This document shows positions 1 to 7,400 of a DNA stretch of 64,000 bases, one piece after another. Within the stretch, counting starts at the first letter, position 1; each line of letters begins with the position of its first letter. Origin of the DNA: Patescibacteria group bacterium (GTDB taxonomy: Bacteria; Patescibacteriota; Patescibacteriia; CAIXNZ01); contig JAQTMG010000001.1 of assembly GCA_028714455.1 (NCBI GenBank), positions 568 to 64,567 of the forward strand, in the 5' to 3' direction. The position numbers were made by a program, and so were the translations under genes. Below the pieces are notes generated by a model, which saw only the letters and a list, made by a program, of their open reading frames with translations, searched no databases and was not told the origin of the DNA.

Positions 1-475
1 AATAATTTTCCACAAAACTATGGTCCTGAAATCCCCACCAAACTCCGTCAGCATTAATCACCTCTTTTTGCCACTTGACTAAATTATCAAATAAAAATTT
101 TTTTAAATTATTTTCTTCAATAAACCGAATCTTTGGTACCGGATAAGCTTTTTCCGCGCTGATTAGACTTATTTCGCTGATGGCTTTTTTTATTAAAGTT
201 TCTTTTTCTGCCAACTCTCGCTTAGATTGCTCTAAGATTTTTTCCAAACTCTCTGGTGGCAGAGGCACAAACTGCAAAGTTTTTCCGCCAAAATCTTCGG
301 AGATCAAGCCTTTAGCCAGCAACCCTTTGGCAATATGATATAAAGAGGCGCGTTTAAGTTTGGTTAAATTCGCTAAAACAGACGGTTTGGTTTTCCCGCT
401 TTTTAATAGAGCCAAATAAACTTGAATTTCCTTGTCATTGAGCCCCAATTTTTTTAACGTTTGGTTAATAGCCAT
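1..475 (-). CDS. TrmB-like winged-helix transcriptional regulator, 5'-complete, truncated at window edge
   Basis: Minus-strand ORF MAINQTLKKLGLNDKEIQVYLALLKSGKTKPSVLANLTKLKRASLYHIAKGLLAKGLISEDFGG... runs off the window start; N-terminal HTH typical of TrmB family; preceded by a perfect TTGACA-N17-TATAAT promoter. Confidence 0.5.
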   Translation of the reverse strand, partial: MAINQTLKKLGLNDKEIQVYLALLKSGKTKPSVLANLTKLKRASLYHIAKGLLAKGLISEDFGGKTLQFVPLPPESLEKILEQSKRELAEKETLIKKAISEISLISAEKAYPVPKIRFIEENNLKKFLFDNLVKWQKEVINADGVWWGFQDHSFVENY

Positions 476-493
476 AAATTAAATCAATATTTA

Positions 494-522
494 CATTATA
501 CACTGTTGTTCATATTTTGTCA
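494..522 (-). promoter_or_regulatory. sigma70-like promoter TTGACA-N17-TATAAT (minus strand) for the TrmB-like gene
   Basis: RC of 517-522 is TTGACA, RC of 494-499 is TATAAT, spacer 17 nt. Confidence 0.45.
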
Positions 523-541
523 ACACTTGTCCAACAATAAT

Positions 542-570
542 TGACAAAATGTATAATTTATTTTATACTA
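542..570 (+). promoter_or_regulatory. divergent promoter TTGACA-N17-TATACT for ORF 639
   Basis: TTGACA at 542-547, TATACT 17 nt downstream; followed by strong SD aaaaaggagg before ATG 639. Confidence 0.35.
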
Positions 571-638
571 CCCCATTAGTTAAGGAGTGGCCTAAATCCT
601 AAAAAAATCGTTCTTCAAAAATTAAAAAGGAGGAAAAA

Positions 639-1232
639 ATGAATACACAAGGATGGTTTGGCACTATTTCTAAAGATGGTTGGGAAACAATCGAAAAACC
701 TGGCTGGTTCGGTGAGAGAAAAAGAAATGCTTTGGCTGAATATGATCGACTTTATGGACAAGGCAACTGGCGTATTCGCCATCGCTTAGGTTCACGCCTA
801 ATTGATTTCTCGGAAGCCGTGCGAATTTATGAATTATGTTATGAATTACATTTTCTTAATCCTCATAGCAGATACCTTTGGCTTCAACTTTTCAAAGAAG
901 CTAGGGATGTTTGGACTGAACTAGAATCTGATGTTGAATCTGGCACTGACTATTTAATCCAAAAAGCTCCGGCGCCACATTACGAAGATATTGCCATTCG
1001 TATCATTTTGCAACGATATGATAGAAAATTCACTGGCAATAAGATGATACGTGTGCGCGCTGACAGCCCGGATGTAATAGGAGTCGCCTTGAGCTCAATC
1101 CACATACCATTTATACTCCCGGACTTCATTGAACCTGAAGCTCACGGTGTGCAATGGTGGAATCGTCATAGAGGCTCATTAGAGCATTTCTGGCATGCCA
1201 ATAAAGAATTGCAAATCAGGAGAAAAAAATGA
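639..1232 (+). CDS. hypothetical protein (197 aa)
   Basis: ORF with strong SD AAGGAGG 8 nt upstream; Trp/His-rich, no family recognised. Confidence 0.6.
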   Translation: MNTQGWFGTISKDGWETIEKPGWFGERKRNALAEYDRLYGQGNWRIRHRLGSRLIDFSEAVRIYELCYELHFLNPHSRYLWLQLFKEARDVWTELESDVESGTDYLIQKAPAPHYEDIAIRIILQRYDRKFTGNKMIRVRADSPDVIGVALSSIHIPFILPDFIEPEAHGVQWWNRHRGSLEHFWHANKELQIRRKK

Positions 1233-1525
1233 AAAAGCCTGCGCATGAAGTAATCTTGCAAGAATTAAAAAGACAATTTCGAATTTCTATTGAGCTAGAT
1301 AAAAAAATGGCAGATTGTAGAAAACGATTTAGAAATGATTCGCCATATCAAACAGAATCTGTTATTTCTTCAACGAAAATTTTGTTGCTTTTCCAACTTC
1401 TGATGAAAATCTATATCCCTCGAAAAGAAATTTCAGAAATAATTAAGGAGCTTCAAGAACTGCACTCAAAAACTGAAACTTTCGGAACCTTATTTATAGA
1501 ACTTATAAGAAATTTGTCCGAATAA
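1229..1525 (+). CDS. hypothetical protein (98 aa), translationally coupled (ATGA overlap)
   Basis: 4-nt overlap with upstream ORF; followed by terminator. Confidence 0.5.
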   Translation: MKKPAHEVILQELKRQFRISIELDKKMADCRKRFRNDSPYQTESVISSTKILLLFQLLMKIYIPRKEISEIIKELQELHSKTETFGTLFIELIRNLSE

Positions 1526-1530
1526 ACACA

Positions 1531-1556
1531 AGACCCGCTTTCGCGGGTCTTTTTCT
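1531..1556. terminator. bidirectional Rho-independent terminator
   Basis: gacccgc-tttc-gcgggtc hairpin followed by T-run; convergent genes on both sides. Confidence 0.6.
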
Positions 1557-3482
1557 TTATCTTTTTAACTTTCTTATCTCATCCCTAATCTCAATCGCTT
1601 TTTCAAAATCAAGGTTTTCGGCCGCGATTTGCATTTGAGTTTCCAGCTCCACGATCAAATCTTCAAGTGAATTAACTTTCTTCAAGTCAAACTTCTCGAT
1701 TTCCTTTTCAATCGTGGCTGGTTTTTCTTTAATGGTTTTAATAATAGAAGCCGGAGTTATATTGTGCTTTTCATTATATTCAACCTGAATCTTGCGGCGG
1801 CGATTTGTTTCGTCAATGGCTTCCTTCATAGAACCAGTCATTACATCCGCGTACATTAAAACTTTGGAATCAACATTACGAGCGGCACGACCGATTGTCT
1901 GAATTAAACTTCGGGCATCGCGCAAAAAACTTTCTTTGTCAGCGTCCAAAATTGCCACCAAACCAACTTCTGGAATATCCAAGCCCTCGCGCAATAAATT
2001 AATACCGACTATCACATCATATTTGCCCCTTCTTAAATCATGGATAATTTCAGTGCGTTCCAGAGTATCGACTTCAGAATGCAAATAGGTCACCAAAATA
2101 TCTTTTTTTAATAAATATTCAGTCAAATCCTCGGCCATTTTCTTGGTTAGGGTTGTGACCAAGGTTCTGTTGCCCATTTCTTTTGTCTTGAGAATTTCAT
2201 TTACCAAATCATCGAGCTGGCCTTCTGATTTTCTGACAAAAATTTCAGGATCAATCAAGCCAGTCGGTCTGATAATCTGCTCGACCACTTGTCCCGAATT
2301 TCTAACTTCATAATCGCTAGGTGTGGCCGAAGTATAAACTACATGTTTCATGTATTTTTCAAATTCATCAAAACGCAAGGGACGATTATCATAAGCCGAG
2401 GGCAATCTAAAGCCGTTATCAATCAAATTTTTCTTTCTAGTTTTATCACCAGCATACATGCCATGAAGCTGGGGCAGGGCCTGATGCGATTCATCTATAA
2501 TCAAAAGAAAATCTTTTGGAAAAAAATCTAAAAGTGTTTTAGGCGGTTCGCCAACTGCGCGGCCATCAAAATGTCTTGAATAATTTTCAATGCCTTTGCA
2601 ATAACCAAGTTCGCGAATCATTTCCATGTCGTATCGAGTTCTTTTTTCCAAACGATGCGCTTCCAGCATGGGCAGAGTCGGCAAAACTTCTTTTAGCTCT
2701 GCTTCAATTGATTTCAAAGCGCGCTCAATTGAATCTTTTGAGGTCATAAAAGGCGAAGCTGGAAAAATATCCAATTTTTTAATTTCTTCCAAAACTTTCA
2801 AATTAACCGGCTCAATCACTTTAATCCCTTCGATCTTATCGCCAGAAAAATTTATTCTGTAGATATACCGACCATAACCTTGAACTAAATCCAAAGTATT
2901 TCCTCGTACTCTAAAGCGCCCCGAGCGCAAATCAGTGTCATTGCGTTCAAATTGAGTGTGAACCAAATGTTTAATTAAATTTTCTCTGCCAAATTCCTGA
3001 CCAACCTTAATGGTAAAAATACTTTTGCTATATTCTTTGGGATCTCCCAAGCCATAAATACAAGAAACAGAAGCCACCACAATTACATCTTCGCGTGAGA
3101 CAACTGAAGCTGCCGCTTCCAGCCGATATTCTTCAATTTTTTCATTAATCTTAATATCTTTTTCAATATAGGTATCTGTTGAGGGAACATAACTTTCTGG
3201 CTGATAATAATCATAATATGAAATAAAATAGCAAACCTTATTGTCCGGAAAATATTCTTTAAACTCTTCGTAAAGCTGACCAGCCAAGGTTTTATTGTGC
3301 GCCAAAACAAGCGTGGGTTTTTGCACGCTCTGAATTAAGTTGGCCATGGTAAAAGTTTTGCCAGAGCCAGTTACACCCAAAAGAGTTTGCTGGGGAAACT
3401 TTTTGTAACCAGTTTCAAGTTCTTTAATTGCCTTGGGCTGGTCGCCAGTGGGCTTATAAGTTGTTTTAAGTTTAAATTTCAT
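1557..3482 (-). CDS. uvrB: excinuclease ABC subunit B
   Basis: 641 aa; N-terminal MKFKLKTTYKPTGDQPKAI, Walker A GVTGSGKT, helicase motifs, C-terminal UVR domain AIEIRDEIRKL. Confidence 0.95.
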   Translation of the reverse strand: MKFKLKTTYKPTGDQPKAIKELETGYKKFPQQTLLGVTGSGKTFTMANLIQSVQKPTLVLAHNKTLAGQLYEEFKEYFPDNKVCYFISYYDYYQPESYVPSTDTYIEKDIKINEKIEEYRLEAAASVVSREDVIVVASVSCIYGLGDPKEYSKSIFTIKVGQEFGRENLIKHLVHTQFERNDTDLRSGRFRVRGNTLDLVQGYGRYIYRINFSGDKIEGIKVIEPVNLKVLEEIKKLDIFPASPFMTSKDSIERALKSIEAELKEVLPTLPMLEAHRLEKRTRYDMEMIRELGYCKGIENYSRHFDGRAVGEPPKTLLDFFPKDFLLIIDESHQALPQLHGMYAGDKTRKKNLIDNGFRLPSAYDNRPLRFDEFEKYMKHVVYTSATPSDYEVRNSGQVVEQIIRPTGLIDPEIFVRKSEGQLDDLVNEILKTKEMGNRTLVTTLTKKMAEDLTEYLLKKDILVTYLHSEVDTLERTEIIHDLRRGKYDVIVGINLLREGLDIPEVGLVAILDADKESFLRDARSLIQTIGRAARNVDSKVLMYADVMTGSMKEAIDETNRRRKIQVEYNEKHNITPASIIKTIKEKPATIEKEIEKFDLKKVNSLEDLIVELETQMQIAAENLDFEKAIEIRDEIRKLKR

Positions 3483-4111
3483 TTTTTATCAGCTATTAAA
3501 ATAATAAATTTGCTACTAAATCTATAAGGAATTTTTGCCTTAACAATTTCTGGGCGAACTTCGGATTCATAAATCTTAACCCTATAATTTTTAAAAAGTT
3601 TTTTAAGAATATTTTTGGCTTCCTGTAATTTATAAAGTGGTTCCTTGCCAATCTTAATAAATTTACCAGCAAAAGAGATTCTTTTTAAATCAGTAGCAAA
3701 ATCTATTATAACCCTTCCATTCTTATTTAAAACCCTGTCTATTTCTCTAAATACTTTCGGTAAAATTTTTCTTGGCAGAAGATGTAGGGTACCGGTGCAA
3801 AAGACACCATCAAAATAATTATCTTTAAAAGGAAATTTTTTAGTAATATCAAAAACCCTAATCTTTAATTTTGACTTATACTTAGTCGGGGTATTACTCC
3901 TCAATTTATTCAAAGCGCCCTTGTCAACGTCCGAAGCAATGACAAAATCTACCTTTTTCAATAGATTTAAATTGTAACGACCGTCGCCGCCTGCCAGATT
4001 AAGCCATCTACCTTTAATTTTAGTCTCTTCCAAAAACTTAAGGGTATCTTTATCACCCTTACCCCAAATGGATTTTCTTTTATTCTCAATTGTTTTAAGT
4101 TTAAATTTCAT
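3479..4111 (-). CDS. class I SAM-dependent methyltransferase
   Basis: 210 aa; motif LNLAGGDGRY, FDGVFCTG; start overlaps uvrB; shares 22-nt start-region duplication with uvrB. Confidence 0.75.
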   Translation of the reverse strand: MKFKLKTIENKRKSIWGKGDKDTLKFLEETKIKGRWLNLAGGDGRYNLNLLKKVDFVIASDVDKGALNKLRSNTPTKYKSKLKIRVFDITKKFPFKDNYFDGVFCTGTLHLLPRKILPKVFREIDRVLNKNGRVIIDFATDLKRISFAGKFIKIGKEPLYKLQEAKNILKKLFKNYRVKIYESEVRPEIVKAKIPYRFSSKFIILIADKK

Positions 4112-4855
4112 TTATTTTTTATTGTCATTCTTGCAAACCATAATATAATCTCCGTATTGTGATTCAATATCGGGCCAGGTCTTAACCACCTCGACATTGC
4201 CAAAATATTTATTAAAAATAGGCAACCGTTTTTTCAATGAAGTTTTATACTCGTTCTTCATCACATCATTATGCAAAATATCTACGGTGGCTGCAATGAC
4301 ATCATCTGGAGCGCCATTTTTGATAGTTTCCACTAAATATTCATATCCCAATTTAGCAGCTGCGATTTTTCTTTCTTTCTCGTTGGCATAATCATCAATA
4401 TGACAGTCGGAAATTATTACTAACCCGTCTGGCTTAACCATGTCCGCGATTCTGGCAATTGCCCGATCCTGTTTTTCGTATACAATATGATGAATTGAGC
4501 CCGTGCAGATAACTACATCAAAGAGTTGCTGCGGTTGCCATGAAAGAGTATCTCCTACTTCAAAACTAATCTTAGGATATTTCTCTTTAGAAAAACTGAT
4601 ATATCTTTCATCCAAATCAACGCCCACAAGTTTAAGGTCACCTCTCTTGTCTGATATTTGGCCAAGCAAATATCCTGGCCCGCACATTATGTCCAGCAAA
4701 GTGCCATTTTTCGGCGCTTGAGAATTTATAATTTCTAGCACTTTTTCAAGCGACTTTTTATAGGGCATATAGAGCAACTCCAGCTCATAAATTTTTGACT
4801 CGGGTAGTTCTTTCATATAATTTGGATTATTTATTTGACACCTCAATTTTACCAT
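4112..4855 (-). CDS. class I SAM-dependent methyltransferase
   Basis: Motif I LLDIMCGPGYLLGQ, DVVICTGSIHH; ORF-track N-terminal extension (to 5047) reads through two tRNA genes and is rejected; start at MVKLRCQ (4855) or MKELPES (4816). Confidence 0.7.
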   Translation of the reverse strand: MVKLRCQINNPNYMKELPESKIYELELLYMPYKKSLEKVLEIINSQAPKNGTLLDIMCGPGYLLGQISDKRGDLKLVGVDLDERYISFSKEKYPKISFEVGDTLSWQPQQLFDVVICTGSIHHIVYEKQDRAIARIADMVKPDGLVIISDCHIDDYANEKERKIAAAKLGYEYLVETIKNGAPDDVIAATVDILHNDVMKNEYKTSLKKRLPIFNKYFGNVEVVKTWPDIESQYGDYIMVCKNDNKK

Positions 4856-4867
4856 TTTACACCAAAA

Positions 4868-4898
4868 ACAAAAAACCGTCCAGATTGAACGGTTTGAA
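4868..4898 (-). terminator. terminator after tRNA pair (minus strand)
   Basis: accgttcaatctggacggt hairpin followed by TTTTTGTTTTT on minus strand. Confidence 0.5.
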
Positions 4899-4902
4899 TT
4901 TA

Positions 4903-4978
4903 TGGAGCGGGGAGCGGGAGTCGAACCCGCAACACCCAGATTGGAAGTCTGATACTCTGCCAATTGAGTTACCCCCGC
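4903..4978 (-). tRNA. tRNA-Gly (anticodon UCC), CCA encoded
   Basis: Manual cloverleaf: acceptor GCGGGGG/TCCCCGC, D-stem ACTC/GAGT, anticodon loop CTTCCAA, T-arm GCGGG-TTCGACT-CCCGC. Confidence 0.85.
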
Positions 4979-4998
4979 CCTAAAGAACGAATGTTTGT

Positions 4999-5075
4999 TG
5001 GTCGGGCTGGTGGGACTCGAACCCACGATCTCTTGGTCCCAAACCAAGCGCGATAGCCAGCTTCGCTACAGCCCG
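4999..5075 (-). tRNA. tRNA-Pro (anticodon UGG), CCA encoded
   Basis: Manual cloverleaf: acceptor CGGGCTG/CAGCCCG, anticodon loop TTTGGGA, T-arm GTGGG-TTCGAGT-CCCAC. Confidence 0.85.
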
Positions 5076-5220
5076 ACCCGTTAATTAAGGATTGTAGCAT
5101 AAATTAGTCAAGCTGTCAATGGGGCGGAATAGTAACTTTTAATTATTCACAAATTATTGACAAGAGAGAAAAAAGGCGCTAAGATAAAATATCAAAATAG
5201 AACCTTAACAAGGAGGTAAA

Positions 5221-5772
5221 ATGGCCAGCGAGAATAAAGAGCCTGTTAGCCTGCCAGTGTATAAGACCAAACCCGAATTCTTACTAACGTTATGGGACGT
5301 TAAATCCAGACATCTACAATTATTGCGTGATGCCGTACCCGTAGCGTTTCTCTCGCCCTCAAAAAGAAAAATACCGTTGTATAGTCGAGACCAATGCGAA
5401 CAAATCGATATAATCGGAGAACACGAGGGCTTACCCATCTATTGGAAAAAACCCGACGGACTATTTACCGAGTCAGATTTAAAGAAGATGGGATTTAAAT
5501 TAGTAGCCCAGGCCAAACCTACCGGCGTCATCAAATATGAGTTCGCACGAATGGGTAATTATCTCTACCCGATATCGCAATCAATCCCCAGGCTTAAACA
5601 TAAACATCTGACTAAATTCGAACGTATACTTTGGGCGGCGGATATCGAGTCGGATCTAAAAAATCTAAAACAGAGGGAAGTTGCAGAAAAATATGGCTGT
5701 TCTCTAAAGCTGGTGTCTAAACTGAAAAAAACATTTCAAAGGCTAAATCAAGGGAGAGAGGCTAGCGTTTAA
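5221..5772 (+). CDS. hypothetical protein with C-terminal HTH-like segment (183 aa), GC-elevated
   Basis: Strong SD aacaaggaggtaaaATG; C-terminal KQREVAEKYGCSLKLVSKLKK resembles an HTH; GC clearly higher than flanks. Confidence 0.6.
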   Translation: MASENKEPVSLPVYKTKPEFLLTLWDVKSRHLQLLRDAVPVAFLSPSKRKIPLYSRDQCEQIDIIGEHEGLPIYWKKPDGLFTESDLKKMGFKLVAQAKPTGVIKYEFARMGNYLYPISQSIPRLKHKHLTKFERILWAADIESDLKNLKQREVAEKYGCSLKLVSKLKKTFQRLNQGREASV

Positions 5773-5774
5773 AA

Positions 5775-5805
5775 CAAAATCCCTCCGCGCCGCGGAGGGA
5801 TTTTT
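5775..5805. terminator. bidirectional Rho-independent terminator
   Basis: ccctccgcg-ccg-cggaggg hairpin followed by T-run. Confidence 0.6.
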
Positions 5806-5820
5806 CTATTTTTAGAATTT

Positions 5821-6114
5821 CTATTTGTTCTCTAATTCGATGCCAATTCCGCCAATCCAGCCAGCCACTAGGTTATAAAGCCAAGCGACGATTGCGCCGG
5901 AAATAAAACCGCCAATGCCGTACATAATCGGCATAAGAATGATGGCAAACAAACCGCCTCCCATCATGCCCCAACCGCCCTGGTCACCCAGCATACCTGA
6001 AATGCCGGCACCGACTAAGGCGAAAAGGATTCCCAGGACAAGTCCCAGAATTACGCCCAGTAAACCTTCGACTTTTGCGACTGAAAGTACATCCAGACTT
6101 TTGATTTTTGTCAT
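5821..6114 (-). CDS. glycine-zipper small membrane protein (GlsB/YeaQ/YmgE-like?)
   Basis: 97 aa, Gly-rich hydrophobic repeats GxxxG; family assignment tentative. Confidence 0.55.
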   Translation of the reverse strand: MTKIKSLDVLSVAKVEGLLGVILGLVLGILFALVGAGISGMLGDQGGWGMMGGGLFAIILMPIMYGIGGFISGAIVAWLYNLVAGWIGGIGIELENK

Positions 6115-6202
6115 AGATTTTGGTTAATTATATTCCACCCCCATTATAACAAAAAAAGAAAAAACCGTCACTTTCGTGACGGTTTGAACGCTTAATCTTG
6201 TC

Positions 6203-6547
6203 CTATACATTGAGGTTGGTGATAACCTTCTCCTTTATGGGAACCTCTTTGGGAATTTCCTCGTCTGCATAATAGAATTCGAGTTCCTCTTGAGACAAGG
6301 ACTCTCTGATGCTCGGCGACAAAGAGGCGGGTTGAATTATCTCGCCTTTTTCCCTGGCCAACTCTGCTTCCTCACGCGATTCATAGACCTGGTTTCCAGA
6401 AGTACGCGGGATGCAAAAGCGCTTGAGAAACGGGCTGTTATCAGCAAACAGCTCAAACACAAAGTCTTTTGCTTCCTGACCATGAGGGAATATCTTCTCC
6501 AATTTTCCACCATCTCTGTACATCACCACGTAAGTGTAATCGGGCAT
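6203..6547 (-). CDS. hypothetical protein (114 aa), last gene of GC-rich small-protein operon
   Basis: Strong SD aaaaggaggccaaaATG; acidic C-terminus; YTYVVMYRDGG segment weakly resembles the IPH-motif paralogs upstream. Confidence 0.55.
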   Translation of the reverse strand: MPDYTYVVMYRDGGKLEKIFPHGQEAKDFVFELFADNSPFLKRFCIPRTSGNQVYESREEAELAREKGEIIQPASLSPSIRESLSQEELEFYYADEEIPKEVPIKEKVITNLNV

Positions 6548-6560
6548 TTTGGCCTCCTTT

Positions 6561-6722
6561 TCATTCAGCCCAAAGTCTGTACCAGTTTCCGTCTTTTGTC
6601 AACGCGTATCTTCTAAGTCCTTTTGTCAGTTTTGCCACCAATTCTTTACAAAACGGAGCTCCCACGCTTAATGCCCAGAAGCTCGGTTTTTGCAAATTCT
6701 CAAATTTGACCTTTCTGGCCAT
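6561..6722 (-). CDS. small ORF (53 aa) MARKVKFENLQKPSFWALSVGAPFCKELVAKLTKGLRRYALTKDGNWYRLWAE
   Basis: Not in ORF track (<60 aa); strong SD gaggagggtaaaATG; fills gap between flanking operon genes. Confidence 0.4.
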   Translation of the reverse strand: MARKVKFENLQKPSFWALSVGAPFCKELVAKLTKGLRRYALTKDGNWYRLWAE

Positions 6723-6723
6723 T

Positions 6724-7083
6724 TTACCCTCCTCTTCGCTGGCTCATGGCGATTGACAGAATTTCCTCGGGCTCCATGTCAAAGTCCGGCGGTAAGGGCT
6801 TGCCGTTTTGCGACATCATCACCTGTTCGAGCGAATCATGAGGAATCAACAAAATGGTGTACTCCCTTCCCGTTGACCTCTCAAAAGAGCAGACCTCGTC
6901 ATTCAGGCGGATGATCGTTCTCTCCACTTCTGAATCAATGTGCCAAGATCCAAATCTTGGCGGCGTAGTCTCGCCCTTACGCCTCGCTTTCATGGCCAAA
7001 GCCAAGATTTGTTCGGCAGGCGTGGAATTATCATTGGCCAAAAACGCCGTTGACCGACATAACGATTCTTTCATCGGCCGCAT
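6724..7083 (-). CDS. small hypothetical protein, paralog B (IPH-motif family); true start probably 6993 (MKARRK..., 89 aa)
   Basis: Core HIDSEVERTIIRLNDEVCSFERSTGREYTILLIPHDSLEQVMMSQNG aligns with paralog A; 5' part of the long ORF overlaps paralog A in another frame. Confidence 0.5.
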   Translation of the reverse strand: MRPMKESLCRSTAFLANDNSTPAEQILALAMKARRKGETTPPRFGSWHIDSEVERTIIRLNDEVCSFERSTGREYTILLIPHDSLEQVMMSQNGKPLPPDFDMEPEEILSIAMSQRRGG

Positions 7084-7207
7084 GAGGAATAAAAAGAACT
7101 GCGTACTCGTTACCTGATTTCCCAGAAAACTTTTTGATTCCTTCGTTCAGCTCAAGCAACGCCCCGCTCACGCCTTCATCAATATGCAACGAATCATTTT
7201 CTCCCAT
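7031..7207 (-). CDS. small hypothetical protein, paralog A (58 aa; MGENDSLHIDEGVSGALLELNEGIKKFSGKSGNEYAVLFIPHAADERIVMSVNGVFGQ)
   Basis: Start at internal ATG 7207 with SD aaaaaggagggttcaaaATG; the ORF-track start 7264 lies inside the promoter. Confidence 0.5.
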   Translation of the reverse strand: MGENDSLHIDEGVSGALLELNEGIKKFSGKSGNEYAVLFIPHAADERIVMSVNGVFGQ

Positions 7208-7236
7208 TTTGAACCCTCCTTTTTGTATTTGTTGAC

Positions 7237-7264
7237 ATTTTATAAGTTTATGGCAAAAAGTCAA
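7237..7264 (-). promoter_or_regulatory. promoter TTGACT-N16-TAAAAT for the small-protein operon
   Basis: RC of 7259-7264 is TTGACT, RC of 7237-7242 is TAAAAT. Confidence 0.4.
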
Positions 7265-7339
7265 GAAAAATCATTTGTCACAGCCAAAAAATTATCATAT
7301 AATTAAATAAGGGATTTCGCCCTCTTTTATTTTTACTAT

Positions 7340-7395
7340 GAGCCATGAGCTCGAAGCACGGAGCTCTAAGCCCTAAGCCCAGAGCTCGAGGCCTT
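7340..7395. repeat. tandem heptamer array, 8 units (GAGCCAT GAGCTCG AAGCACG GAGCTCT AAGCCCT AAGCCCA GAGCTCG AGGCCTT)
   Basis: Strict 7-nt periodicity directly upstream of the smc start codon; member of dispersed RAGCYCN family. Confidence 0.65.
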
Positions 7396-7400
7396 CCAAT

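Noticed and set aside
2289-3310. Multiple 60-110 aa ORFs antisense to uvrB, smc, hppA, pnp, ftsH, pilB, polA, P-type ATPase (e.g. 7424..7642, 10952..11194, 22387..22680, 32811..33515, 58221..58502)
   Set aside because: Fully embedded in or antisense to strongly supported conserved genes; low-complexity translations; typical spurious six-frame ORFs.
4112-5047. ORF-track 311-aa version of the methyltransferase with N-terminal MVWDQEIVGSSPTSPT...
   Set aside because: The first ~64 codons are the reverse-strand reading of tRNA-Gly and tRNA-Pro genes; the real CDS starts near 4855.
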